Below, piece after piece: positions 28,301 through 38,223 of a stretch of DNA of 64,000 bases (its first letter is position 1; each line of letters begins with the position of its first letter). The translations under genes were made by a program, and so were the position numbers. The notes under the pieces were generated by a model. That model was not told where the DNA came from. It saw only the letters and a program-made list of their open reading frames with translations, and made no database searches. The DNA comes from a bacterium (GTDB lineage: Bacteria > Electryoneota > Electryoneia > Electryoneales > Electryoneaceae), in contig OY769902.1 in NCBI GenBank assembly GCA_963669175.1, positions 1,184,001 through 1,248,000 of the forward strand, read 5' to 3'.

Positions 28301-28394
28301 CCCAGAGGTTGTACTGGGCATGTGCTGGATGGATAACAAGACAGAGAAAGCCAATAGAAAGGATGCAGGCAATGCGTCGAAGAAGGTTTCCCAT
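25353..28394 (-). CDS. Secreted repeat protein with C-terminal sorting domain (paralog 3)
   Basis: Same architecture; AAGGAG RBS before ATG 28394; ends MVLLK. Confidence 0.85.
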   Translation of the reverse strand: MGNLLRRIACILSIGFLCLVIHPAHAQYNLWEPEDGVMVRQANHFTWTGDGVACDGEEYWCAAWSDGKSGAQNIIVQLYDSNNHEQWATGGLQITDLSVPQQQPLVAYAGYGNWLVAWEDYRGIPSGGEQGIAIQKISSDGTILWTSNGVLIEEAGEWTSLEKFYSLPDQSTLVFWRSHQGDLVQKFDSNGNPVWEEGGRLLEDNWHHIDVVVFDDGSFTVAFDGLVSMQHYDASGNPVWNEGEPVSLDSTSSDVRLIMDDQGNYFLTWVNSHCQSISAQHVSAEGTPLWDEPVNLTGLFHRVFDEGNYSAMHLNDDNCVLAWGATDQDGNYSLRMRLFDSSTENGNPGELQGTVLFPEESLEYCGVKLCPDNEDGFIITSSDAHGKGTGSEIHAMRFDENGDYLWNDGEPLRIPMDGLPCTLTFSTFIQENTVRVFWPDHDPGVGDEAAVQFLQYELHNGNAVFEEPFPLATGMLGNGRESRIIRSGDNIFVLWKDCRDSLDIYVQKLDAENGEQAFQQDGKRLPCRCYVDQFQSYERTIFIPNNEGGLTMLHSSVDNNYNWTFSLDRFSANLDPVWDQSVKFTERGMFSYYDETDFQKSMVRYDQDGNCFIAWEELLNHVVCNCVDASGNLLWGDTGVALAGQHSEPAATAILDDGNFVVWYNYQNDSYLARLNSEGEIVWNVEIFDFDVAYFRGPAIYPRNDDILLTWVNAADNTQLMGQSVNLNGEVQWEEDGRVLIDKESSSAYSACKNLVLNSDDSFWLTWRDRLELDNAYAVQCQLFSSEGQPLLNQENSIILPGQNEAEINSFREYRAVTDDQDGMYIFYEVNNDYGDDIGYTHIDADGNFTQSEFENGTAYLVDAQFGQEDISIIPDGFGGVLASWTDYRGQPVDDPVDDIYVMRVNDNPFGVHDKRENLHPVSWELHNAYPNPFNPSTTLSFTTPHSSEVTLSVYDVLGRKVATLVDGMVQAGRQQVIWQGHSDQGMPVASGTYFVRLEGDGVNLTSKMVLLK

Positions 28395-28455
28395 GTCCGA
28401 CTCCTTTGTATACATTTTGTCGTGCTCCAGACAATCACTATCGCTTCGTAACATA

Positions 28456-28489
28456 CAGGCTTGCCCCGTGCTTTGGCGAGGCAAGCCTG
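28456..28489. terminator. Intergenic stem-loop
   Basis: CAGGCTTGCC/GGCAAGCCTG stem. Confidence 0.5.
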
Positions 28490-28507
28490 AAAAAGTCAAA
28501 CTAACAT

Positions 28508-31500
28508 CTATTTCAGCATGATCATCTTTCTGGTCAGGTTGACTCCATCGCCTTCAAGACGCACAAAATAAGTTCCCGACGCTACCGGCATCCCCTGATC
28601 GCTGTGCCCCTGCCAGATCACCTGCTGCCGTCCCGCCTGAACCACACCATCCATCAGTGTTGCCACTTTTCGTCCCAGAACATCATAGATCGCCAGGGTC
28701 ACTTCGGACGTGCGTGGTGCGGTGAAACTCAGCGTGGTTGAGGGATTGAACGGGTTGGGATAGGCGTTGTGCAGCTCCCAACTCAGGGGCTGTTCAATGG
28801 TTTTATCCGTCATACCGCTGAACTGGTAGTCGCAGACACGCATGGCGTAGACATCATCGCCTTCCTGTATACCGCCGGAGCCACGGTAGTCGGTCCAGGC
28901 GGTCAGCACGCCGCCTTCGCCATCAGGGACGGTTGCCAGGTCGGTCTGCCAGAATATGGCATCGGTAAGGCATGCACCATAGCCGATGTAATCCTCTGTT
29001 GCGAATGAACCGTCGGCCAGCAGATGTACATACCCCAGGTCGGAAGGGGAATTCTGGTAGTTTTCCGTCCAGAACAGGTACATACCTCCAGCTTCATCGG
29101 ATACTCCCTGAAAATCATACCGATAATAGTCTTCGGGAGTCTCGAGTTCGAGAAGTTGTCCCTCATACGGTTCAAGCAAGGCTGCGCCTTCAAAGGTGAA
29201 TTGCTGATAATAGATCTCGTTTTCAGTATCCAACTGCCAGCAAAGCCAGAATTCACCATCCCATTTATCCACCAGGACAAGCTCATTGATACCATAGTCA
29301 ACGGCGATTTCAACAGGGTTCTCCCAGGCTGGAGTACCATCATACTGGTAGGCAACAGCTCGGATCACATCGCTATCGGTGCATTCATGCCATGCACAGA
29401 TGATGCGATCTTCCCTTTGTGACAAACTTATATCGTAATAATGATAACTGGCTTCACTGTTCAAGGCGACTGGTTCATCCCAGAGGGCTTCACCATTTGT
29501 ATTAAAGAGTTGCAGGTTAAACGATCTGGTAACGCCTTGATGCAAAATGAAAGCAATGGCAATCGTCTCGTTGTCGAGCATCAGAATATCCCCGACAAGC
29601 ACATCAGCGTCGTCATACGCTATCATTGTCACTGGTACTCCATCATTAAGCAGCAGGTCGCCATCCTGGTTGAACTGTTGAGCAACAAGTTCCAGGTACC
29701 AGTCAAAACTTGATGCTTTCGAGAAGATATTCAGAACGGTCCCATCCTCAAGCAGGAAGGGGTTCGATTGACGGTATTCATTTGCTTCTTCAAAACTGGC
29801 ATCAGCAATTGTTACAGCGTCTTCTCCCCATACCATGTTCCCTGATTCATCGATGCGTCTTACAACAAGGTCACCGCAGTAATATTCATCCATAAGGGAA
29901 TAGAAAACATAGGCTCCCCCGTTCCCATCCGGACATATTTCTGTCTTGGTGTCATAGATGTCAACGTCTGCATAAACGTCGCCGGGCTCGGATACATTGA
30001 TGCCATTGGCTTCCCACATCGATTCCCCGCTAGCAAAATCCAGGCGTTGCATACAGACGCGCAGTCCGTTATCGCTATAGCGCCAGTCCACCCAACTGAC
30101 ATAGGCAGATTCACCGGACCTGACGATGCAATTGCCATAGGTGTGGTGATCAATGCCAGAGATAACGGTAACCGGTTCATCGCGTTCAATATTCCCGTTG
30201 GCAGGATCGAGAGAATTAAAGAATATCCCTCCGGCGTTCGGGCGCATATCTCTCCAGAAGATGTACGGGGTTCCGTTGACCAGTACCGGTTCTTGTGAAT
30301 TTGCGCACGGTGGATCGTCGGTTTCGAACATGATCGGATTGGAACCTTCCCATGCATAGCCCCCATCCTCATCGAGGTTGAAAATGGCTATGCTATAAGG
30401 ATTGTCTTGCGACCAGTCCTGAATGATAGTTGTGAAAAGAATTCCGGCATTGCTGTTCAACGTAACGTGTGGAAGGCCGAAGAAGTCGCCTGACTCCAAT
30501 TCAAAGGTAATACCACATTCATCCTCGCCCCATTGCGCGACAGGTAGCCCTTCTTCGATCGTATATCGTTGGCAACCTGTGTAGTTGTTGGTGTAATGCC
30601 AGGCTTTGTAGACTACAAACAGATCGCCATCAGGGGATACAATACAACAGGGATCAAAGCTTATCGGTACATCGGCTATAAGAACAGCGCCTTCATCCCC
30701 CCAGAGGACGTTGCCCTCACTGTCAATATGTTGACCAACAAAGGAATCGTCTGAATCTAATTCCAGGGTGATATATACACCGCTGTTTTCATCCGAAACC
30801 ACAGAAGTTATAGGGTCATAATTGATAGCATCCTCAGCGAGTAGGACAGGTTCTCCTTCGTTCCAAAGGGCGTTGCCTTCCGGGGAAAACGACTGGTAAT
30901 AGATGCGTGCATCAGCTTTTTGCCAGGCAATCACCAGGTTGTCGTCTGTTGTAATGTCCGCGCTGAACGAATAAGCGGTGTCCATAACAACTTCGTTGTT
31001 TTCCCAGGCAAACTCGCCGGCAGGAGTAATACGGTCGGCTCGAAGTTCACGATACCCGTTGTGCTGCGATAGAATGATCACATCACCATCTTCACATGTC
31101 AGCACGATTTCATTGAAATAGTCGTACCCGTTTTCTGTAACCAGGATGTCTTCATTCCAAAGTGTTGAGCCAATCGCATCGAGGCGTTGAATGGCAAACT
31201 GGTATCTCCCCCATTTATTTTCGTCGTTCCGATGATCCTGCCAGGCGATTAACCATTGATCATCACCGACATAAAAAACAGAGGGGTTTTGCTGGGCGAA
31301 TTCTCCGCTGGAAACGACAACCGGTTCGTCCCCCCACAGGGTGTTGCCGTCTTCGTCGTATTTCTGGGCGTAGATGTTTTGAGCGCCTGTGTGTGCATCA
31401 GACCAGGTAACCACAAAGTTACCGTCGTCATCCGTTGCAACTCCTGACATCATCCAGAAAATATGATGTCCCTGTCGTACCATAACCCCGTCTTCCGGTT

Positions 31501-31594
31501 CCCAAAGGTTGTACTGGGCGTTCGCTGACAGAGTAAGCAGGAGGAGTAACAGGAATAATGTAGAGTAGAAAAATCGTTTCGTCGGACCATTCAT
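28508..31594 (-). CDS. Secreted repeat protein with C-terminal sorting domain (paralog 2)
   Basis: Same architecture; AAGGAG RBS before ATG 31594; ends MIMLK. Confidence 0.85.
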   Translation of the reverse strand: MNGPTKRFFYSTLFLLLLLLTLSANAQYNLWEPEDGVMVRQGHHIFWMMSGVATDDDGNFVVTWSDAHTGAQNIYAQKYDEDGNTLWGDEPVVVSSGEFAQQNPSVFYVGDDQWLIAWQDHRNDENKWGRYQFAIQRLDAIGSTLWNEDILVTENGYDYFNEIVLTCEDGDVIILSQHNGYRELRADRITPAGEFAWENNEVVMDTAYSFSADITTDDNLVIAWQKADARIYYQSFSPEGNALWNEGEPVLLAEDAINYDPITSVVSDENSGVYITLELDSDDSFVGQHIDSEGNVLWGDEGAVLIADVPISFDPCCIVSPDGDLFVVYKAWHYTNNYTGCQRYTIEEGLPVAQWGEDECGITFELESGDFFGLPHVTLNSNAGILFTTIIQDWSQDNPYSIAIFNLDEDGGYAWEGSNPIMFETDDPPCANSQEPVLVNGTPYIFWRDMRPNAGGIFFNSLDPANGNIERDEPVTVISGIDHHTYGNCIVRSGESAYVSWVDWRYSDNGLRVCMQRLDFASGESMWEANGINVSEPGDVYADVDIYDTKTEICPDGNGGAYVFYSLMDEYYCGDLVVRRIDESGNMVWGEDAVTIADASFEEANEYRQSNPFLLEDGTVLNIFSKASSFDWYLELVAQQFNQDGDLLLNDGVPVTMIAYDDADVLVGDILMLDNETIAIAFILHQGVTRSFNLQLFNTNGEALWDEPVALNSEASYHYYDISLSQREDRIICAWHECTDSDVIRAVAYQYDGTPAWENPVEIAVDYGINELVLVDKWDGEFWLCWQLDTENEIYYQQFTFEGAALLEPYEGQLLELETPEDYYRYDFQGVSDEAGGMYLFWTENYQNSPSDLGYVHLLADGSFATEDYIGYGACLTDAIFWQTDLATVPDGEGGVLTAWTDYRGSGGIQEGDDVYAMRVCDYQFSGMTDKTIEQPLSWELHNAYPNPFNPSTTLSFTAPRTSEVTLAIYDVLGRKVATLMDGVVQAGRQQVIWQGHSDQGMPVASGTYFVRLEGDGVNLTRKMIMLK

Positions 31595-31665
31595 AACAGA
31601 CTCCTTCCGTATACAAACCGGTTCTCTTCGTTGCAGATTATGATGTTTTTTTATTGGGATATGTC

Positions 31666-31693
31666 GGTATGCCCTGCAAAAGCAGGGCATACC
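31666..31693. terminator. Intergenic stem-loop
   Basis: GGTATGCCCTGC-AAAA-GCAGGGCATACC perfect 12-bp stem. Confidence 0.55.
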
Positions 31694-31717
31694 AGTGAAT
31701 GTTATCTTGCGAAAAAG

Positions 31718-34700
31718 TTACTTCAGCAACACCATCTTTCTGGTCAGGTTGACACCGTCACCTTCCAGACGCACAAAATAAGTTCCGGACGCTACCGGCA
31801 TACCTTGATCACTGTGTCCCTGCCAGATCACCTGCTGCCGTCCCGCCTGCACCACACCGTCCATAAGTGTCGCCACTTTACGGCCCAACACATCATAGAC
31901 CGCGAGGGTCACTTCGGACGTGCGTGGCGCGGTGAAACTCAGCGTGGTTGAAGGATTGAACGGGTTCGGATACGCTCCGTGCAATTCCCAGGAAACAGGC
32001 TGAATTGTCTGTTTATCCGAAACGCCGCTGAACTGGTAGTCGCAGATACGCATGGCGTAAACATCATCGCCATCCTGGAGGCCGCCGGAACCACGATAAT
32101 CAGTCCAGGCCGCAAGGACACCTCCCTCACCGTCCGGGATGGTAACCAGGTCTGTTTGCATGAAAATAGCGTCGGTCAGGTAGACACCGTAACCGATATA
32201 CTCATCCATGGCCAACTCGCCGTCTGCAAGCAGATGGGTATACCCATAATCGCTTGGCCCGGAATTGTCGCCTTCATACCAGAACAGGTAGAGGCCGCCT
32301 GATCCATCCGAAACACCTTGCAGATCATTCCGGCTGTAATCCTCCGGAGTTTCCAGCTCGAGAAGCTTGCCATTAAGCGGGAAGAGCTGTGGAGTACATT
32401 CATAGTTATACTGTTGGTAATAGATCTCTGCAGAGGAATACTCCTTCCAGACAATCCAGAATTCACTGTCCCACTTGTCTACAAGAGTGTAATCATAAAG
32501 AATATCTCCACGTGCACATTCAATCTCATCTTCCCAGACAGGTGTGCCATCCGCGTAGAAGGCTTTAGCCAGGATGACGTCCGCGTTACCGTGATCATCC
32601 GTCCAAGTGCAGATAATCCTGTCTTCTCGCCAGGTCAGCGACGCACTACCGGCAAGACGTTCATCGGATATTAATACCGGCTCATCCCAAAGCGGATTGC
32701 CATCAGCGTCGAACAGCGCCAGGTATGTGTACTTCGTCATATCGTTTCGAGATGAATAGACGATCGCGATGGTCTGGTTTTCAAGCAGCAGGATGTCGTC
32801 AATGAGGGCATCGGCATCGTCATATGCAATCAGTGTTACCGGTTCGCCTTCATTCAAAAGCAACTCGCCATTCTGGTTAAACCGTTGTGCGACAATGTGG
32901 GCATACCAGTTAACCGGATCATATTTGGTGAAGATGGTAAACACAGTTCCATCATCAAGCAGGTACGGATTTGCGCCATGGTATTCAAATGTGACGTCAT
33001 ACTCAGCATCACCAAGTATGATAGCATCCTCTCCCCATACCAAATTGCCGGATTCATCGACCCGTCTCAAGAGCATATCGACCAGGGTTGTTGATGGATC
33101 CATCAAGGAATAGAAAACATACGCGCCCCCGTTACCATCCGGACAAATGTCAGTAAAGTTGTCGTAGATAGAGATATTCGCATCTTCATCGCCTGGCTCT
33201 GATACGTTGATGCCCTGGGTCTCCCACATGGCCATGCCGTTTTCAGGATTCAGGCGTTGCATGAACAAACGATCTCCGAATTCAGAATAGCGCCAATCCA
33301 TCCAACTGATGTAAATGGATTCACCGGAACGGATGATGTTGTTGGCGTAGGTCCGGTTGTCCAGGCCGGATACGACAGTTGTCGCTTCATCGTGTTGAAT
33401 ATTCCCGGAGGCGGGATCAAGAGAATTGAAGAGAATACTGCCTGCACCGGGACCCATTTCCCGCCAGAAAATGTATGGCCTACCGTTGACCAGTTCAGGT
33501 TCCTGCGAGTTGGAACAGGGCGGCATCGCGGTTTCCAGTATAACCGGATTGGAGCCTTCCCAAACCGGGTTGCCATCTTCATCCAGATTATAAATTGCAA
33601 CATCGTATGGGGTTTCATCCGACCAATCTGCGGTAAACGCGGAGAATAGTATCCCATCATTCTCGTTCAGCAATACATGCGGGGGGGCATCGAAACCGCC
33701 GGATTCCAGCTCGTAAATGATGCCATAATTGTTATCACCCCATTGGGCGACAAGATCTCCTTCTTCCAGGATGAACCGTTGGCAACCGGTATAGGTGGAA
33801 GAGTTGGCGTAAGCTCGATAGGCGAGGAACAGGTCGCCGTCAGGCGCCTGAAGCCAACTGGGCTCAAAACTGGAAGGCAAGTCGGCGAACAACACAGCGC
33901 CATTGTCTCCCCACTGGGGATTGCCATCACTGTCAAGATGCTGGCCGTAATAGTGATTGTCGATATGCCTTTCCCACATGACATACGCACCACCGTTCAC
34001 ATCGGTAACGGCCGATACATGAGCATGATAATATGTGTTGTCATTCGAGATAAGAACGGGTTCGCCTTCATTCCACAGGGCGTTACCCTCGGGGGAAAAT
34101 GCCTGGCAGAAGATTCTTGCTGCCTGCTTTTGCCAGGCCAAAACAAGGTGGTCATCCGTTGTCAATGATGCGCTGTAGGTAATAGCTGAGTCAATTGTAG
34201 CAGCCTGCTCTCCCCAGGCAAAAACGCCTTCAGGAGTAATTCGAGTGGCAACCAGTTCAAAATTATCCATGGGTCTGTATACTATGATCACGTCTCCATT
34301 GGCGCAGGGAAGAACAGTTTCGTAGAAATAATCACTGCCGGTTGGAGTGACAATGATATCTTCATCCCAACAGTGGGCGCCGTTGGAATCCAGACGCTGG
34401 ATGGTATATTTGTAATACCCCCATTTAAACTCATCATCACGATGATCCTGCCATCCGAAAACCCACTCGCCGTCTCCGGCATAAAAAACCGATGGGTTTT
34501 GCTGGGCGAAATCGCCGCTGGATACGACAACCGGTTCATCGCCCCACAAGGCGCTACCGTTAGCATCGTATTTCTGGGCGTAGATGTTTTGCGCGCCCGT
34601 GTGTGCATCTGACCAGGTTACGACAAAGTTGCCCGCGTCATCCGTCGCTACACCGGACATCATCCAGAAAATGTGATGTCCCTGGCGTACCATTACGCCA

Positions 34701-34801
34701 TTTTCCGGCTCCCAGACATTAAAACGCGCCTGTCCGGTCGCAACCAGAACAAGCGCGGCAATAGTCGAGAGCAGAACCTTCTTACCTAGTTTCCCGTGCA
34801 T
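31718..34801 (-). CDS. Secreted repeat protein with C-terminal sorting domain (paralog 1)
   Basis: Same architecture; AAGGAGG RBS; ends MVLLK. Confidence 0.85.
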   Translation of the reverse strand: MHGKLGKKVLLSTIAALVLVATGQARFNVWEPENGVMVRQGHHIFWMMSGVATDDAGNFVVTWSDAHTGAQNIYAQKYDANGSALWGDEPVVVSSGDFAQQNPSVFYAGDGEWVFGWQDHRDDEFKWGYYKYTIQRLDSNGAHCWDEDIIVTPTGSDYFYETVLPCANGDVIIVYRPMDNFELVATRITPEGVFAWGEQAATIDSAITYSASLTTDDHLVLAWQKQAARIFCQAFSPEGNALWNEGEPVLISNDNTYYHAHVSAVTDVNGGAYVMWERHIDNHYYGQHLDSDGNPQWGDNGAVLFADLPSSFEPSWLQAPDGDLFLAYRAYANSSTYTGCQRFILEEGDLVAQWGDNNYGIIYELESGGFDAPPHVLLNENDGILFSAFTADWSDETPYDVAIYNLDEDGNPVWEGSNPVILETAMPPCSNSQEPELVNGRPYIFWREMGPGAGSILFNSLDPASGNIQHDEATTVVSGLDNRTYANNIIRSGESIYISWMDWRYSEFGDRLFMQRLNPENGMAMWETQGINVSEPGDEDANISIYDNFTDICPDGNGGAYVFYSLMDPSTTLVDMLLRRVDESGNLVWGEDAIILGDAEYDVTFEYHGANPYLLDDGTVFTIFTKYDPVNWYAHIVAQRFNQNGELLLNEGEPVTLIAYDDADALIDDILLLENQTIAIVYSSRNDMTKYTYLALFDADGNPLWDEPVLISDERLAGSASLTWREDRIICTWTDDHGNADVILAKAFYADGTPVWEDEIECARGDILYDYTLVDKWDSEFWIVWKEYSSAEIYYQQYNYECTPQLFPLNGKLLELETPEDYSRNDLQGVSDGSGGLYLFWYEGDNSGPSDYGYTHLLADGELAMDEYIGYGVYLTDAIFMQTDLVTIPDGEGGVLAAWTDYRGSGGLQDGDDVYAMRICDYQFSGVSDKQTIQPVSWELHGAYPNPFNPSTTLSFTAPRTSEVTLAVYDVLGRKVATLMDGVVQAGRQQVIWQGHSDQGMPVASGTYFVRLEGDGVNLTRKMVLLK

Positions 34802-35278
34802 GGTGGCCTCCTTGTTGCTACTCAGATTAGGTATTCTGATCGGTTCCCTAAAAAACGATAGCTCTCAACATTGAAATAAAGCAAGTAAAAGATTGAAATT
34901 GATAAAGTTTCTCAAGATCAGCCCCAATAATTGGCTCTCCTGTATGTTATTGATATTTATAATGTAATAATATTTTCCGGTCAATACATCTTTGACAGGT
35001 GACCGGACGGCCAGTTTTTCCGGCTTGATTCTCCCGGTAGTTGAGTGTTCTTGTTAAGCTCCCCTTATTCATTGACTTTATGATTGTTGAGACCTATCCT
35101 TTGCCGTGAAGTGGGGGCTCGACGAGGGTCGCCGGGACGTCCGGAACGGCGATATTCGGCGAGCCTTTTCTATCGTGTTTGCATGTGAAGGAAAGCACAA
35201 GGGGGGCGTGTCGTCCGTGGCTTTCCAACGGGCGGCAACCCATGTTTTCCTGAACATCCACAGAACGAGGGTACAGAG

Positions 35279-35587
35279 ATGGAAGAGACGAACGGGGCAG
35301 GAGCCGGCGCCAACGAGGCCAACGCAACAGAACGCCCTGTCTGCAAGCACTGCGGCAAGCCGATGATGAAGTGGCGCACACCGCAACTCACCAACTGGGA
35401 AACGGAATGGTTCTGGGTCTGTTTCGAGGATGACTGCGACTATTTCAAGCGCGGCTGGGCCTGGATGGAGGAACGATTCAACCAGCACTCATCCTATCGT
35501 TACCATATCGATCCCGCTTCCGGTAACGCTGGACCGTTACCCGTATGGTCCGTGCAGGCTTTGAAAAACGGCATCATTGAGGAGTAA
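35279..35587 (+). CDS. Small zinc-ribbon-like protein
   Basis: CKHCG...CFEDDC four-cysteine pattern, Trp-rich. Confidence 0.75.
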   Translation: MEETNGAGAGANEANATERPVCKHCGKPMMKWRTPQLTNWETEWFWVCFEDDCDYFKRGWAWMEERFNQHSSYRYHIDPASGNAGPLPVWSVQALKNGIIEE

Positions 35588-35591
35588 TACT

Positions 35592-36443
35592 ATGGGCAAG
35601 CCCACCAAGGAAGATCTGAAAGAACAGTTTACACCGTTTGATCACTTCAAAAAGAAGGTGTTCGACAATGCCGAACGGCTGACTCCGGATCACAAGTTCA
35701 AGTTTGGTTGCCATCCTGGCGTGCCGTGCTTCAACAAGTGCTGCACCGATGTGAACATCTTCCTGACTCCTTACGATATTCTCAAGCTCAAGAATCGCCT
35801 GGATATGGACAGCGAGGAATTCCTGCTTCGCTACACGATCATGCCGATCGATCCACGTCAGTCCTACCCGATTGTACACCTGAAGATGATGGATGACGAA
35901 GACAAGAGCTGCCCATTCCTGGATAAGGAAAAGGGATGTTCGGTTTATGAAGATCGTCCCTGGCCCTGCCGCATGTTCCCGATAGGCAAGGCTTCTCCGA
36001 AGAATCCCGATGCGCAGCCTTTCTATTTCTTCATGCACGAAGATGTCTGCCGTGGCTGGGAAGAGACTACCGAGTGGACCATCGGGCAGTACATGGAAGA
36101 CCAGAAGGTTGAAGAATTTGACAAGGCCGGTGAAGAATTCAAGAAAATCGCCCTGCACAGCTTCTTCGGCAAAGGCCAGCGTCTCACCCCGCCATTGATG
36201 GAAATGTTCCACATGGTGGCGTATAACATCGACAAGTTCCGCATTTTTGTTTTCGAGAGTTCGTTCCTTGACCGGTTTGACGTTCCGGAAGAACGCCTTG
36301 CGAAGATGCGCGAGAGCGACTATGAATTGCAGAGCTTCGGGTATGAATGGTTGCGTTTCTCGCTGTTCCAGGAACCGACCATGAAGATCAAGGAAGATGC
36401 AAAGCAGAAAGTGGCCAACAAGGGCAAAGAGGACAAGGAATAA
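35592..36443 (+). CDS. YkgJ-family cysteine-cluster (putative Fe-S/Zn) protein
   Basis: FGC...CFNKCC, CPFL...GCSVYEDRPWPCRMFP motifs. Confidence 0.88.
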   Translation: MGKPTKEDLKEQFTPFDHFKKKVFDNAERLTPDHKFKFGCHPGVPCFNKCCTDVNIFLTPYDILKLKNRLDMDSEEFLLRYTIMPIDPRQSYPIVHLKMMDDEDKSCPFLDKEKGCSVYEDRPWPCRMFPIGKASPKNPDAQPFYFFMHEDVCRGWEETTEWTIGQYMEDQKVEEFDKAGEEFKKIALHSFFGKGQRLTPPLMEMFHMVAYNIDKFRIFVFESSFLDRFDVPEERLAKMRESDYELQSFGYEWLRFSLFQEPTMKIKEDAKQKVANKGKEDKE

Positions 36444-36448
36444 TAAGG

Positions 36449-36481
36449 AACGGGATACCCCGCATTGGGGCCATCCCGGTT
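36449..36481 (+). terminator. Probable terminator hairpin
   Basis: AACGGGATACCCC-GCATT-GGGGCCATCCCGGTT right after the stop codon. Confidence 0.5.
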
Positions 36482-36579
36482 ATTCTCCTGTCGAGCTATC
36501 GTGTTGATTTTCAAAGCGGCGTAAGCCGCTTTTTCTTATCTTCACTTTCTGGTTGGAAACAGTGCTGAAAGAAAGTGTC

Positions 36580-37614
36580 ATGTTTGATAAACGAAGCGAC
36601 TATCTCTACGATCTTCCGGAAGAGCTGATCGCGCAGCAGCCCGCAGAAAAGCGAGATGCTTCACGTCTTCTGGTAGTGGATCGCAGCAAAGACAGCCTGA
36701 AGCACAAGGTATTCAGTGACCTGCCGGGATATCTGCGTGAAGGGGATATTCTGGTTATGAATGATACCCGAGTGATTCCCGCACGCTTGATCGGGAAGCG
36801 TCCGACCGGAGGCGAAGTCGAACTGTTCCTGCTGCATCCTGTTGACGCTACGACCTGGGTATGCCTGGCCAAACCGGCAAAACGGTTGAAGCCCGGCGGA
36901 AAAGTGCTGTTCGACGGGGGTGTTGAGGCAGAAATACTGGCCTATGGTGAAGAGGGGCGCCGTACCGTATCGTTCCAGGTGCCGTATGGTGAGTTTCGTG
37001 CATTTTTGGACGATGTGGGCAAAACACCCTTACCGCCGTATATCCAACGTGAACCGGAAAAGAAAGATCGTGACCGGTATCAGACAGTCTATGCTCACCA
37101 TGATGGCGCTGTAGCCGCTCCCACGGCAGGATTGCATTTCACGCCTGAATTGCTGGCTGGACTGGAAGAGAAAGGGATTCAAACGGCACGCTTGACGCTG
37201 CATGTGGGGATCGGAACCTTCCGACCGGTTTCGGTGGAGAACCTGGAAGATCATGTGATGGATCGTGAACGGTATATCGTGACAACGGAAACCGCAGATC
37301 AGATCAACCAGGCACGCGCCAATGGTGGCAGGATTGTCGCTGTGGGAACGACATCGGTGCGCACGCTGGAAACGATCACCGATGACAAGGGTATTGTACA
37401 TCCGGGAGAAGGTGAAGCCGGCCTGTTTATCCGGCCGCCTTACCGTTTCAAGGCGGTAGATGCCCTGTTGACCAATTTCCATCTGCCGGGATCTACATTG
37501 CTAATGCTGGTCAGCGCTTTGGCCGGGCGGGATCGTATTCTTGTGGCTTACCAGGAGGCTGTGCGTCAACAATACAGGTTCTTCTCCTATGGTGATGCCA
37601 TGTTTATTCAGTAA
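36580..37614 (+). CDS. queA: S-adenosylmethionine:tRNA ribosyltransferase-isomerase
   Basis: LPEELIAQ, NDTRVIPARL, PLPPYI, AAPTAGLHFT, LTNFHLP, YRFFSYGDAM motifs. Confidence 0.98.
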   Translation: MFDKRSDYLYDLPEELIAQQPAEKRDASRLLVVDRSKDSLKHKVFSDLPGYLREGDILVMNDTRVIPARLIGKRPTGGEVELFLLHPVDATTWVCLAKPAKRLKPGGKVLFDGGVEAEILAYGEEGRRTVSFQVPYGEFRAFLDDVGKTPLPPYIQREPEKKDRDRYQTVYAHHDGAVAAPTAGLHFTPELLAGLEEKGIQTARLTLHVGIGTFRPVSVENLEDHVMDRERYIVTTETADQINQARANGGRIVAVGTTSVRTLETITDDKGIVHPGEGEAGLFIRPPYRFKAVDALLTNFHLPGSTLLMLVSALAGRDRILVAYQEAVRQQYRFFSYGDAMFIQ

Positions 37615-37880
37615 TATTACTTGTTCAGGCGCACATTATAACCGTGATTATCCTCACGGTTTTTTAGTTTTTCGGGCTGTATAATTACAAAGAATCCCAA
37701 ATAGGTGGATTCTGCAAAAAACATTTCCGAATAGCCTGGGCTTGCTTGACAGATGTGTATCAATCGTCTACCTTCAGAATGCAGGGGATTCTATGGTGGC
37801 GAATGATTGTCAATGACTTGGTCAGGGCGTTTGACTGCAATCGCAAAATAGGGTGGTACAGTTAACAAGCGAGGAGAGCC

Positions 37881-38162
37881 ATGAGTGACGAGATGAACGA
37901 TCAAGTACAGGATGAACAGCCTGTAACAGAAAAGAAGCCAGCCAGCGGTGAGTTCTCACAGTACAAGAAGAAGAACTTCATGTACATCGCATTTTTCCTG
38001 GGGAGTTTTGGTGTTGACCGTTTCCTGCTGGGATACACTTTGCTGGGTGTCCTCAAACTGCTCACGTTGGGTGGATGCGGAATCTGGACCCTGATTGAAT
38101 TCTTCATGTACCTGAACGACAAGATTACAGATTCTGAAGGACGTCCGCTGGATCCGAGCTGA
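37881..38162 (+). CDS. TM2-domain protein
   Basis: [13 protein letters not shown]...[11 protein letters not shown]. Confidence 0.9.
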   Translation: MSDEMNDQVQDEQPVTEKKPASGEFSQYKKKNFMYIAFFLGSFGVDRFLLGYTLLGVLKLLTLGGCGIWTLIEFFMYLNDKITDSEGRPLDPS

Positions 38163-38194
38163 TCCGTAGCGATTGATTAAAATGTAAGAAATTC

Positions 38195-38223
38195 AGACAG
38201 GCCCATATAGGTCTGTCTTTTTT
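38195..38223 (+). terminator. Rho-independent terminator
   Basis: AGACAGGCC-CATATA-GGTCTGTCT followed by a T run. Confidence 0.7.

Noticed and set aside
13304-34801. Diversity-generating retroelement acting on the paralog C-termini
   Set aside because: No reverse transcriptase in the window; differences are not adenine-specific; all repeats lie inside intact genes
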